The notes beneath the pieces were generated by a model. That model worked only from the letters and a program-made list of their open reading frames with translations, was not told the DNA's origin and made no database searches. DNA of 64,000 nucleotides from Deltaproteobacteria bacterium (GTDB lineage Bacteria; Myxococcota; Kuafuiibacteriia; Kuafuiibacteriales; Kuafuiibacteriaceae), in NCBI GenBank assembly GCA_040218735.1, contig JAVJQW010000046.1, forward strand, positions 96,001 through 160,000, given 5' to 3'. The position numbers and the translations under genes are program-made. Below, one piece after another: positions 35,097 to 45,276 of this stretch. How positions within the stretch are numbered: the first letter of the stretch is position 1; each line of letters opens with the position of its first letter.

Positions 35097-38000
35097 CTAC
35101 TCGGACTGAAACCGGTCCGGGATCCCATCCGCGTCCGCGTCGACCAACGCGCGCAGCGTCGACAACTCATCCTGGATTCCGTCCTCGTTGTCATCGACGT
35201 CCGCGTCGTCCGGGATCAAGTCATCGTCGTCGTCCGCGTCCTCGAGGTCCGACGTCCCGTCACCGTCCGTGTCGTTCAACGACAGCGGGTTGATCGCCTC
35301 GCCGTCGCCCAGCAGCACCTCGTAGGTGGTGGGGCAGGGCGGCGTCGTGCACATGCTCTCGTTCCCGAACGTGTCGACGGTGATCTCCACCGTACCCAGA
35401 TCCAGATCCACAATCGGCAGCGCCGACTCCGTTACACGCCCGAACACCAGGTCCGTCGTCCCGCCGTTGCCGTCGGGGAAACGCAGCGGCGCGACGAGGT
35501 TCCCCACGCCACCACCACCGGAGACCGGCGCCTGGAAGAACAACACGTACGCGCGATCCGTGGGCAGCCCCAACCGGAAGCGCACGGGCTCGCGGCCGTT
35601 CGCCGACGGCGAAAACGTCGGCCCCGGCACAAACGACAACAGCGGCTCCGACTGGGTTGCATCCAACGACGCCGCCACGAGCTGCAACGCCAACGGCTGC
35701 TTCGTGAACACGTCACCCGGCGGCGGCACCAACAGCCCGGTCACCAACCGACGCCCCGCGGGTGTCTCGTCGTCACCGTCGAACGAGCCACAACTCACCA
35801 AGAGCAGCAGCGCCAACACAAACCCACGCCGCACGCGCAGCGCCAAGACTCCGATCAAACCGAACAACATCCACACGCCCCCTCGCCCTGATTCCGTCGA
35901 AGTGCAAGCACAGCTGTCACCTTCACCGCCCGGGTTGTCGAACGCGCTCCCCGGTCCACCCGGTCCGGAGATCGCACAACCCTGCGCGTCGATGCGCGCG
36001 CCCGGCGCCGTCGTCGGGCACACGTCACACGCGTCGCCGCGGCCGTCGTCGTCGAGGTCCGACTGGTTCGGGTTCGAGCTCGCGATGCAGTTGTCCTCGA
36101 TGTCCGGCACGCCATCCATGTCGAAGTCCGCGTCCGGATCGACGCCGCCGTCGCGACCCATCGGGCCCCCGGTTCCACCGTCACGCCCCGGGTTCGAGTT
36201 CGCGGGCCGGATGTCCGGGAGCACGAGCGCGAATTCGAACAGCTCGTCGTTCGTGATGTCGTCGTTCGCCGTCACCGCCGCCGGCACCTGCGCCAGCACA
36301 CCACTCGCACCCGTACCGTAACGCGCCGCCGCGATGCCGATGTCCTCCGGCCACTCCGCTCCGAAGCGCTCCACGAGGTTCACCACCGTCTCCGTCGCGC
36401 CGCCGCTCACCGGGTTCGACGGCACGGTCTGCGTCCCGAACCACGGCCCCGTCCAGTCCGTGAAGTCACCGCGCCCCTCGTCGAAGAGCACATGCGCCGG
36501 CCCGCGTCCGCGTTTGCCGTGGGGCACCGGCGCGTCCGGCAACGCTTCGGCCGCGTCGCGGAGGAACAGCATGTGGTCCTCACCCGCCTTCGCGCCGGTC
36601 ATCGCGAGGTACAAGAGCTTCCCGTTGAACGACGCGTACAGCTTGAGCCCGTCGTTCTCCGCGACGAGGAACGCCTCGTCGTCGACTTCACCGTCGAGCA
36701 CGTAGTCGGGACGCGGCGCACCCGACGCCCGCGCGCAGCCGTCCATGCCGACGTCCTCACCGAGCGTCGAGCTCGGGCACTGGTCACACGCGTCCGGGAC
36801 GCCGTCGTAGTCCGCGTCCTCGTGATCGACGCTCGGCACCCCGACGCAGCGATCGAACGTGTCGAGGATCTCGTCCGCGTCCGCGTCCGGGAGCGCGATG
36901 TTCGACAGCTGGTAGATCTTCACCTCGTGCCCGCCGACGTTCGACGTGTGCCCCGCCATCAACGCCGACTTCGATACGGTGAGGGTGTCGGACGGCTTCG
37001 CGTGGTTCGTCATCACCACCTGCGTCCCGGGGATGCGATTCAGGATCTCTTGCGACATGTAATAGGTGACCGGCGTCCCGAGCACACTCGCGGGCTCGCG
37101 GTTCGCGAGCACCACGAACGTCTGGTTGTTCCCGTACCGAACGAAGCTGAAGATGCGGTCCGCGCCCTGGTCGCCGTCCGACGCGATGCGGAAGTAGTTG
37201 TTCCCGTACGCACCCGCGTTGTCGAAGGACTGGCCGCGGAGGCCCGGGTTGTGGTTTCGGATGCGGAGGTACCGGCGGTAGTGCGCGAGCATCTCCGGAT
37301 CCCGATTGAAGTTCATCCGCCCGCGCGACTCGATCATCGCGACCTCGTCGCCGTAGGTGATCAGCGGCGTACCGGGGAGCGCGAACTTCACCGCCGCCGC
37401 GACGCGCTGACGGTCGCGGCTGCCTCCGGCGAGGAAGAGGAAACGGTCCTCGTCCTGGTTGTCGAGGTAGCGGACGCGCACGAGGTTCTCCGGGTTCACC
37501 GCCTCGCGCACACGCGCGCTCCCCGCGTTCTGCACGTAACGCTCGGCCGCCTGCAGCGCCCCGTCGAGGCGTGAGTACTGCGCGTTGCCGGCGAAGGCGT
37601 CGCGCATCTCCCAGTACTGCCACGGGTCGTAGAACGCATCGAACTGATGCTCGATGAACTCCGCGACCGGCGGGATGATCTCCGCGAGCATGAACGCGTT
37701 CGGTTGTTTCGCGATCGTCGCCTGCCGCACGCGCTTCCACACGCTGTTCGGCGTGAAGCCGGCGATGTCGCAGCGGAAGCCGTCGAGCCCCTGGTCCATC
37801 CAGAAGTTCGCGCGGTCCACCGCAGCGCGACGCACGATCGGGTTGTTGTAGTCGAGGTCCGGCAGCCCGACGAAGTTGAACGTGAACTGGTACCCGAGCG
37901 GATAACCGTCCCGATAGATGTAGCGGTCGTGGGTGATCGCGTTGGGGTTCGCGTCCGCCGCGAGGAACCACGGGTGCCGGTTCGACGTGTGGTTCAGCAC

Positions 38001-39764
38001 CTTGTCGAGGATGACCATGATGCCGAGTTTGTGCGCCTCGTCGATGAAGCGCCGCAGCGCCGCGACGTCGCCGTAGTCCTCGTGCACCGCGAAGAACGCG
38101 TCCATCGAGTAGCCGTGCGTCGTGCCGCTGGGCTCCACCGGCATCAGCCAGATCGCGTTGACGCCGAGCTTCTTCAGCCACGGTAGGTTCTGCGTGGCGC
38201 CCTCGAGGTCACCTTCGTCGTCGCCGTCGGAGTCGGCGAACTCACGGACGAACAACAGGTAGAGGTTCACGTCTTCGCGCCACGAACGCGGGGACGCCGC
38301 GACATCGCGACCCTCGACCGAACCGTCGGCCGCCACGTTCACGATCGCCTGCGCCGCGTAGGTCGCCGCGCCCTGCGCGTCGCCGCCCTGCGCGTGGATG
38401 ACGTACGTGCCGGGAGCCGCGTTCTCGAGCGTCACCGCGCGCTGGTCCGCGGACGGCACGAGCGTGACCGGCGTGTTGTCGTCGGCGAAGAAGCGGATCG
38501 CACCGGTCGCGTCCGACGCGCGCGCCGACACCACGGGCGCGCCACCGTCGGCACCGATGTGCAGGCGGATGCGATCCGTCGTGAAGCTCGTCGCGACGTG
38601 CACCGTCGTGATCGCCTCCGCGCTCTGCAGGCCCTCGCGATCCGTGACGCGCAACCCGATCGTGTAGACGCCCGGCGCCGAGAAGCGCATCTGCGGTACG
38701 GCGTTCAGCTGCGGGAGCCAGTCGCCGATGCTGTTGCCGTGCACGTCGTAGACCGGGGAGCCGTCGCCGCCGCGCTGGCTGCCGTCGCGGTTGTTCGGTT
38801 CCTGGCTGTACGCCTGCATGTCGACGTCGCCGGGCCCGCTGATCTTTCGCCACGCGAAGGACGAAAAGCCGATGCCGTCCGGATCCTCCGAGAGGCCGCC
38901 GTCGATCTCCACCCACGCGCCGGTCGTCGTGAACACCGACGCGCCGATGTGCGCGACCGGCGCCTGGTTGTCCGCGTTGATCCACAGCGGGACCGTGGAC
39001 TCGTCAGCGTACAGGCCGTCCATGTTCGCGATGTTGACGTGGAGGAGGTGCAGGCCCTCCGGCGGGTTGTTGATCGTCGCGACGACCGTCTGACCGTTGA
39101 GCTGCACGTTCGATGCGGCGGCGCGCGTCACCTCGGGCGGCGTCAGCGGACCGGGGAGGATGCCGTAGGGCTCGTTGGTCTCGAGCTCCACGCGCACGGT
39201 CGACGCGTCGAGCGGGCTGCCGCTGTCGCCGAGCACGATCGGGACGGTGACCTGGAAGCTGTTCGTCGCGATCAGCGATCCTGCAAGCGGAGTTGCGTTC
39301 GGAAGATCGATCTTCGGCCGGTTCGGGTTGCGGACGAAGTAGAGGTTGTCGGTCGAGAACTGTCCGCCGAACCCTTCGAAGCGCGGGCGCGGGTCGTTGA
39401 AGAAGTTCGAGTCGGGGACGTCGTCGGGGTTGAGATCGGGATCCGTGAGGTCGACGTACTGCGTGGGGTTCGCGACGAAGACGTAGATGTAGTCGCCCTC
39501 GGCGAGCTCGGCATCGACACGCCAAAGATCACCGCCGGCGTTTGTCATGCGGCGCGCGGCCTGCAGACGGTTGCGACCGCCGTAGCGATCCAACATCAAG
39601 AAGATCTCGTTCACCGGTCCGCCGTAACTCGTCTCTGAGATACGAACCTCGAAACGGATCGTCTCGGTGTACGTCGACGCCTGCGCCTCGACGCGCGACG
39701 GCGACGAGAAAAGCAGTGGAATCAACACGATGGGCACGACCCGGATGGCGGACGACCACGACAT
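35097..39764 (-). CDS. Secreted GH13 alpha-amylase-family protein with CBM48-like, PKD-like and thrombospondin type-3 repeats, internal MYXO-CTERM and fused lipoprotein-like C-terminus
   Basis: FADSDGDDEGDL, LGVNAIWLMP, HGYS, LDKVLNH, DGFRCDIA, LAEI, YLDNQD, LPGTPLITYGDE; DxDxDGVPDxxDxC repeats; SCAC...LALRVRR. Confidence 0.9.
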   Translation of the reverse strand: MSWSSAIRVVPIVLIPLLFSSPSRVEAQASTYTETIRFEVRISETSYGGPVNEIFLMLDRYGGRNRLQAARRMTNAGGDLWRVDAELAEGDYIYVFVANPTQYVDLTDPDLNPDDVPDSNFFNDPRPRFEGFGGQFSTDNLYFVRNPNRPKIDLPNATPLAGSLIATNSFQVTVPIVLGDSGSPLDASTVRVELETNEPYGILPGPLTPPEVTRAAASNVQLNGQTVVATINNPPEGLHLLHVNIANMDGLYADESTVPLWINADNQAPVAHIGASVFTTTGAWVEIDGGLSEDPDGIGFSSFAWRKISGPGDVDMQAYSQEPNNRDGSQRGGDGSPVYDVHGNSIGDWLPQLNAVPQMRFSAPGVYTIGLRVTDREGLQSAEAITTVHVATSFTTDRIRLHIGADGGAPVVSARASDATGAIRFFADDNTPVTLVPSADQRAVTLENAAPGTYVIHAQGGDAQGAATYAAQAIVNVAADGSVEGRDVAASPRSWREDVNLYLLFVREFADSDGDDEGDLEGATQNLPWLKKLGVNAIWLMPVEPSGTTHGYSMDAFFAVHEDYGDVAALRRFIDEAHKLGIMVILDKVLNHTSNRHPWFLAADANPNAITHDRYIYRDGYPLGYQFTFNFVGLPDLDYNNPIVRRAAVDRANFWMDQGLDGFRCDIAGFTPNSVWKRVRQATIAKQPNAFMLAEIIPPVAEFIEHQFDAFYDPWQYWEMRDAFAGNAQYSRLDGALQAAERYVQNAGSARVREAVNPENLVRVRYLDNQDEDRFLFLAGGSRDRQRVAAAVKFALPGTPLITYGDEVAMIESRGRMNFNRDPEMLAHYRRYLRIRNHNPGLRGQSFDNAGAYGNNYFRIASDGDQGADRIFSFVRYGNNQTFVVLANREPASVLGTPVTYYMSQEILNRIPGTQVVMTNHAKPSDTLTVSKSALMAGHTSNVGGHEVKIYQLSNIALPDADADEILDTFDRCVGVPSVDHEDADYDGVPDACDQCPSSTLGEDVGMDGCARASGAPRPDYVLDGEVDDEAFLVAENDGLKLYASFNGKLLYLAMTGAKAGEDHMLFLRDAAEALPDAPVPHGKRGRGPAHVLFDEGRGDFTDWTGPWFGTQTVPSNPVSGGATETVVNLVERFGAEWPEDIGIAAARYGTGASGVLAQVPAAVTANDDITNDELFEFALVLPDIRPANSNPGRDGGTGGPMGRDGGVDPDADFDMDGVPDIEDNCIASSNPNQSDLDDDGRGDACDVCPTTAPGARIDAQGCAISGPGGPGSAFDNPGGEGDSCACTSTESGRGGVWMLFGLIGVLALRVRRGFVLALLLLVSCGSFDGDDETPAGRRLVTGLLVPPPGDVFTKQPLALQLVAASLDATQSEPLLSFVPGPTFSPSANGREPVRFRLGLPTDRAYVLFFQAPVSGGGGVGNLVAPLRFPDGNGGTTDLVFGRVTESALPIVDLDLGTVEITVDTFGNESMCTTPPCPTTYEVLLGDGEAINPLSLNDTDGDGTSDLEDADDDDDLIPDDADVDDNEDGIQDELSTLRALVDADADGIPDRFQSE

Positions 39765-39844
39765 GGGGGTAGCTAGCCAGGTTGCACCGACCCTTACAAC
39801 GGACACTTGCGTTGAGGGTTTCCATCTCTGATACGCTCGCGGGG

Positions 39845-40330
39845 GTGAGGCGGTTCATCCTGTTGATCGCAGCCGGGATTTTCGTGTCGGCGGGCGCGGT
39901 CGGGACCGCCGAGGCCAAGAAGGCGCCCAAGAAACCACGCCCCGTGGAGCGCCTGGATCGCACCCGAGCGGTCGGTGCGCCGGTCCTGGACGAGAAGGCG
40001 AAGCCCGGCATCTACGTGTGGCTCGAGGACGGCGCGTTTCGCGTCGCGGCCGTTCCATTCGAGAAGAAGCGCCGCGACAACTACGTCGTGAAGCTGCGCG
40101 GGTCGAAGAAGTTGAAGGTCGTCCCGCGCGGTGACTTCGCAGCGCGCGGCGGCGGCAAGTCCTTCACGCTCCAGGTGCGTGCGAAGGAAGCGGTCGCGAA
40201 GAGCGCGGTGGAGACGGAGGGCGACCTCGAGATCTACGGCGCTCGTTCGGGCTCCGGAAAGCGCCTCGCGATCTTCGTCGGCCCGCTCGCCAAGCGCGCC
40301 GCGTCGTCCGTGCGCATCGGTCGCTTCTGA
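39845..40330 (+). CDS. Hypothetical basic exported protein
   Basis: Signal peptide ending AEA-K; extended -10-like TGATACGCT just upstream. Confidence 0.6.
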   Translation: MRRFILLIAAGIFVSAGAVGTAEAKKAPKKPRPVERLDRTRAVGAPVLDEKAKPGIYVWLEDGAFRVAAVPFEKKRRDNYVVKLRGSKKLKVVPRGDFAARGGGKSFTLQVRAKEAVAKSAVETEGDLEIYGARSGSGKRLAIFVGPLAKRAASSVRIGRF

Positions 40331-40382
40331 ATCTCCGTCTTGCCCGGCGACCGCGCTTCGCGCGAAACGCAAGCGCCGCCCC

Positions 40383-42326
40383 ATGACCCGCTCGTCCGCG
40401 TCGACCTATCGCCCCGACATCGACGGCCTGCGCGCGGTCGCGGTGCTCCTCGTCGTGCTCTTCCACCTCGACGTGCCGGGCTTCTCGGGCGGGTACGTCG
40501 GCGTCGACGTCTTCTTCGTCATCTCGGGTTATCTGATCACCGACCGCATCCGTGCGCAGCGTGAAGCCGGCACGTGGTCCATCACGCGGTTCTACGTCAA
40601 ACGCATCCGGCGGCTCGTCCCCGCGCTCACCGTGACGATCGCGTTGGTGCTCCTCTTCGCGGCGCTCCTGCTCGACGCGGGGCTGACCGCCGCGACCGCC
40701 GAGTCCGCGGTGTTTGCATCGCTGTCGATCGCGAACTTCCACTTCTGGCTGACGTCCGGGTACTTCGACGTCGGCGCCCACGCTCGGCCGCTCCTTCACA
40801 CGTGGTCGCTCGGGATCGAGGAGCAGTTCTATCTGTTGTGGCCCGCGCTCCTCGGCGTCGCGCTCGCGTCGCGTCGCCGGCTCGCTGCCCTCGGTGTCTT
40901 CACCGTCGCGACCTTCGTCGCCTCGGAGGTGCTCTTCGCCGACGACCCGCCCGCCGCCTTCTTCCTCCTGCACGCTCGGTTCATCGAGCTCGCGATCGGT
41001 GCGGCGCTCGCGTTGAATCCAGGGACGCGCCCGGCGAGCGCGCCGCCGCGCGGCCTCCTCGGTACGGTGGGGCTCGCCGCCGCCTTCGGTGTCTTTGCGT
41101 TCGCTACGTTGACGTTCGACGACACCACGCGTTTCCCGAGCTACCCCGCTCTGATCGTCTGCGCCGCGAGCGCCGCAGCGATCGCCTGCGGCCGTGCCCC
41201 GGTCCTCGGACGACTCCTCGACAACCCGGTCGCTACCTGGATCGGACGCGTCTCGTACTCCGCCTACCTGGTGCACTGGCCGCTGATCGTCTTCGTCGAG
41301 TACGCGCTGTTCCGAGAGCCCGACGCCTTCGAGACCGCGCTCCTGTTCGCGGCGACCTTCGCGGGCGCGGCGTTGATGCACCACGGCGTCGAACGACGCT
41401 TTAGGTATGGGGCGAAGGATGGCCGCTTCCTCGTCGGTCAACTCGTGGCCACCGTCGCGGTGGCGCTCGTCGCGCTGCACGGCGCGCAGGACGGGTGGCC
41501 GGGGCGGCTCGACGCCACCGCCTCCGCGTTCGCGGCCGCGCGCGGGAAGACGGGTTACACACCCTGCCGCGAGAGCGACGTCGTGTGTCGCGTCGGCGCC
41601 GAGGGGCCCACGCAGCTCGTCGTCATCGGCGATAGCCACGCCAAACACCTCATCCACGGCGTCGATGCGTACGCGAAGCAGCGCGGGGTCGCGGCGGAGA
41701 TCCTCACCGAGAACGGTTGTGCTCCGCTCCCGGGCGTCACCACCGCACGCAAAGGCGTGGTGCGTCAGCTCTGCCTGAAGAGCCGCGACACGATCGACGC
41801 TCGCCTCGCCGGGCTTCGACCACGGCTCGTCGTCTACAGCCTGGCGTACCTCGGCTACCGACCGGCGTTCGTCGAACCCGACGGGACGCCGATCCCGTTC
41901 GAGGACGACGACGCCTTCGCGCGCTACTTCGCCGAACGCCTCGAAGCGAGCATGGATCGGATCCGCGCTCCGCGATTCGGCGTGGTGCTCCCGTCGCTAC
42001 GGCCGGGGTTCGATCCGGTGGAGTGCCTCGGTCGTCCGCGGATCCTCGACCGCCGCGACGCCGCCCAGCGGTGCCCGATCCCGCCCGCCGCGCAGGCCCT
42101 CGCGTCGAGCCGCGCGGTGGTCCGTGCGCTCGAAGCGCTCGCGGAGCGTCGCGCCGACCTGACCCTCCTCGACCCGAATGTAGCGCTGTGCCCGAACGGC
42201 GCCTGTCGCGTCGTCGACGACGGGCGGCTCCTCTACTCCGATCATCACCACCTCACCGCGCCGGGCGCCGACCTGGTCGTCGCTTCGTTCGCGGACCAGC
42301 TCGACGCACTCCTCGAAGGCCGGTGA
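40383..42326 (+). CDS. Acyltransferase-3 / SGNH fusion O-acetyltransferase (OafA-like)
   Basis: YRPDIDGLRAVAV, GVDVFFVISGYLIT, HTWSLGIEEQFY, GDSHA, DHHHL. Confidence 0.93.
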   Translation: MTRSSASTYRPDIDGLRAVAVLLVVLFHLDVPGFSGGYVGVDVFFVISGYLITDRIRAQREAGTWSITRFYVKRIRRLVPALTVTIALVLLFAALLLDAGLTAATAESAVFASLSIANFHFWLTSGYFDVGAHARPLLHTWSLGIEEQFYLLWPALLGVALASRRRLAALGVFTVATFVASEVLFADDPPAAFFLLHARFIELAIGAALALNPGTRPASAPPRGLLGTVGLAAAFGVFAFATLTFDDTTRFPSYPALIVCAASAAAIACGRAPVLGRLLDNPVATWIGRVSYSAYLVHWPLIVFVEYALFREPDAFETALLFAATFAGAALMHHGVERRFRYGAKDGRFLVGQLVATVAVALVALHGAQDGWPGRLDATASAFAAARGKTGYTPCRESDVVCRVGAEGPTQLVVIGDSHAKHLIHGVDAYAKQRGVAAEILTENGCAPLPGVTTARKGVVRQLCLKSRDTIDARLAGLRPRLVVYSLAYLGYRPAFVEPDGTPIPFEDDDAFARYFAERLEASMDRIRAPRFGVVLPSLRPGFDPVECLGRPRILDRRDAAQRCPIPPAAQALASSRAVVRALEALAERRADLTLLDPNVALCPNGACRVVDDGRLLYSDHHHLTAPGADLVVASFADQLDALLEGR

Positions 42327-42330
42327 GCGC

Positions 42331-42930
42331 TCAGTCTTCGAGGAACGAACGCGCCGCGGCGCGGATCTTGTGCTGCCAGTTGTAGACGACCTGCACCGTC
42401 ACACCCATCAGCTGAGCGACCTCAGGCGGTGCGCGGCCGTCCGTGAACGCGTGGCGAAACACGAGCCTACCGCGCGTGGGTAACGTGGCTTCGAGGTGCT
42501 CCGCGAGCCGCGCGGCGAGGTCTTGCATGCTGACTTGCGCCTCGGGCGACGCGTCGTTCGCCTGCAGGCGCGCATCCTCCAGCTCGACGGCGCGCAGGTG
42601 ACCGCCGCGTTTCTTGGCGAGGCCGTGCTCCCTGAGGTGCGCGACTTCGCGCTCCGTCACGAGGCCGACGAACCCCTCCAGCGTCGTCTTCTTCGCCGCG
42701 TCGTACGCACGCAGGCGTCGCCCGTCGTCGTCCAGCAGCTTGACCCAGACCTCCTGGACCATGTCCTCCATCCTCAGCGCGTCGAACGAACCCGGGCTCT
42801 TCGCCACCGAATGACGAACGCGCGCACACACCACCGGCATCAACCGCGACACGAGTGTCTTGACGGCCTGCGGCTCGCCGGCCATCGCAGCCTCGACGAG
42901 GCGCGTGTCGGATGGGCGTGGTGCGTTCAC
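42331..42930 (-). CDS. ECF sigma factor
   Basis: Region 2 EDMVQEVWVKL and region 4 EVAQLMGVTVQVVYNWQHKIR. Confidence 0.9.
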   Translation of the reverse strand: MNAPRPSDTRLVEAAMAGEPQAVKTLVSRLMPVVCARVRHSVAKSPGSFDALRMEDMVQEVWVKLLDDDGRRLRAYDAAKKTTLEGFVGLVTEREVAHLREHGLAKKRGGHLRAVELEDARLQANDASPEAQVSMQDLAARLAEHLEATLPTRGRLVFRHAFTDGRAPPEVAQLMGVTVQVVYNWQHKIRAAARSFLED

Positions 42931-42939
42931 GGTTCGACC

Positions 42940-45276
42940 TCAGAAGGAGACGCGCAGCGCCGAGTAGTCCTTGCTCGCGTGTTTGGCGTTCGGCGAGTCG
43001 AGCGTCACGACGAGCGTCGCTTTGATCGCCTCCGGCATCGACCACTCGATGTCGAGGTCCGCGACGCCGACGAGGATGTCGAGGTGCTCGCCTGGCGCCC
43101 ACTCACCGACCGACGGATCGTCCGGCAGCTCGAAGTAGAAGTCCTCGACCTGGTTCGAGTTGGGGTTGAATCCGGTCACCACGAGGAACGGCTCGGTCAC
43201 CTTCGTGCCCGGCTCGAAGTCGCGTGACAGATCGAGCTTGAGTTGAATCGAATCCGGCGGGTCGTTCAGGAAGAACGCGGGGCAGTCCGGACAGATCGGG
43301 CTGATCGGCTGCGGGCCGAACGAGCCGACGAGGGAACGTTGTGGGCCGTCTTCATGGGGACACACTCCGGAGCAGGACGACGCGGCGGTCCAGGGCTGCG
43401 TGAGGAGCGTCTCGTCCACGACGACGGTGCAGACGCCGCGCGCTTCGATGTACGCGCCGGGCCAGGACACGGGATCGTTGCGCGGGCTCGCGCAGCTCGG
43501 GACCAGGTCGCCGCTTCCGTTGACGTCCTCGAGACCACAGGCCGCAAGGTGGGTTGCGCAGTCGAGGACGGTCTCCGTCGTGATCGGCGGGTTCGTGATG
43601 AATTCGTCCGCGCATCCGACGACCGAAGGGCAGTTCGCGACGGCGTAGTCGAGGCGATCGATATCGAGGATCCGCACCGGGATGAACGAGCGGTTGATGC
43701 GGCACAAGTCGCGACCCGTGAGGTACAGGAGGCGCTCGAGGGTCTCGCGGCCTAGCGCCGGCTCGCCGTTCGCGAGGCGCTGATCCTGAACACGCGCGGC
43801 GGCTGCCGACACGAGCGCGGCGCTCACGGAGCTCCCGGTGAAGGCCCGCGGCAGCGCTTCGAATTCCGACAGCGAGGGGCCTTCGCCGCAGGCGGAACCG
43901 CTGGTCATCTCCGGCGCGTAGGGGCTCGTGGCGTACACGTGCTGGCCCGGGGCCACCAGCGGCGGCTCGGCGTTCGGAATGGCGACGTTCGTGGTGCGCA
44001 GTCGATCGTCGACCGCACCCGCGGTGAACGAGAGGAACGCACCCGCCTCGCTGGGGCGACACGACGTCTCCGTGAACCACTCCGCCGGGTAGTACAGCCC
44101 GTACGACTCCGGGGCCGTGGGGCAGGCGGGCTTCGAGGCGCCGGCCGGGGGCGGGGGGAACAGCGTCGGGTCGGTCGGCGCGGGCTGGTTGCCGGCCGCC
44201 GAAGTCACGAACACCCGTCGAACGCCGCTGGCGTCCATGCGTCGCGCGACGTCGAGCTCGTAGCGGACGAGCTCACCGAACGGGTCTTCGTGGGTGCTGC
44301 AACCGTTCGCGCTCGTGAGCATCGCGGGGTACGAAAGCTCCGAAGGCCACCCGAGGCTCATGTTGACGACGAGCGCGCGTGAAGTCGGCGTCGAGAACAT
44401 CGCGGCGTCGAGCGCGGTGGCGAGCGTCTCGCTGGTGCCCGAGCCGGTCCAGTCGAGCGCGCGGAGATCGTGGATCGCGGCGTTCGGCGCGAGCTGGCGG
44501 CCGAAGATCATCATCGCGCTGCCGTGCGGATGTCTGACCGTCGACGACGGGTAGAGGTCCATCGCGGAGGCCACGCCGATGCCCGCGGCGCCGATGGCCG
44601 CGTGAAGGCCGCTGTCGATCACGGCGAGGTCCACGCGCTGGGAAGCGGGCGCCGGCGGGCTCACGGCGGTCGTCGGCGGGAGCCCCAGCTCGGTGAGATG
44701 CCAGGTCACCATGTCGAGGTCCGGCGCGCCCTGCACGCCGGTCGCTGCGGAGGTCTCGCACTCTCGCCCGACGTAGAAGCCGGTCGACGGGACACCGCTG
44801 ACGCTCGTGACCGCGCTTCGGAGCGTCGATACGGCGTGACACTCTTGGTCCGGCAACACCGACAGCGGGAGCCCGTGGCCGGTGGTGAACTGGACGCGGA
44901 GGTACCTCACGTGGCCGTCCGCTCGGTACGAGGGGGCCGAGCGCTGGGGGAGGGCGGACCGTACCGTCACCGACGGAGTGGGGCAGCCGAACGGACCGGT
45001 GCAGAACCACGCGCCGTTGTTGTTCGCGATCTCGGCGGCGAGCGCGTTCTCCAGGTTCGTGTGGAAGTTGTACGCGTGCCAGGAGCCCGGCGTGGGGCGC
45101 GCGAGTGGGACCTCGACGAAGAAGGCATCGTTTCGGCAGGGCCGTTTCATCGTGCGCTGTCGCGTCCGGCCTGGGTTGCGCAGGGCGTCCGTGGCGGTGC
45201 CTTGCTCGGGCGCGGCGTCACAACTCACGACAATGACCAGGCCCGCGGCCCAGACGAGTTTCTTCGTGTTCATCAT
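42940..45276 (-). CDS. S8 (subtilase)-family protease lipoprotein
   Basis: Lipobox VVSC; catalytic Asp VIDSG, His HPHG, VVNMSLG, SAAGN, APG, Ser TGSSVSAA. Confidence 0.8.
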   Translation of the reverse strand: MMNTKKLVWAAGLVIVVSCDAAPEQGTATDALRNPGRTRQRTMKRPCRNDAFFVEVPLARPTPGSWHAYNFHTNLENALAAEIANNNGAWFCTGPFGCPTPSVTVRSALPQRSAPSYRADGHVRYLRVQFTTGHGLPLSVLPDQECHAVSTLRSAVTSVSGVPSTGFYVGRECETSAATGVQGAPDLDMVTWHLTELGLPPTTAVSPPAPASQRVDLAVIDSGLHAAIGAAGIGVASAMDLYPSSTVRHPHGSAMMIFGRQLAPNAAIHDLRALDWTGSGTSETLATALDAAMFSTPTSRALVVNMSLGWPSELSYPAMLTSANGCSTHEDPFGELVRYELDVARRMDASGVRRVFVTSAAGNQPAPTDPTLFPPPPAGASKPACPTAPESYGLYYPAEWFTETSCRPSEAGAFLSFTAGAVDDRLRTTNVAIPNAEPPLVAPGQHVYATSPYAPEMTSGSACGEGPSLSEFEALPRAFTGSSVSAALVSAAAARVQDQRLANGEPALGRETLERLLYLTGRDLCRINRSFIPVRILDIDRLDYAVANCPSVVGCADEFITNPPITTETVLDCATHLAACGLEDVNGSGDLVPSCASPRNDPVSWPGAYIEARGVCTVVVDETLLTQPWTAASSCSGVCPHEDGPQRSLVGSFGPQPISPICPDCPAFFLNDPPDSIQLKLDLSRDFEPGTKVTEPFLVVTGFNPNSNQVEDFYFELPDDPSVGEWAPGEHLDILVGVADLDIEWSMPEAIKATLVVTLDSPNAKHASKDYSALRVSF

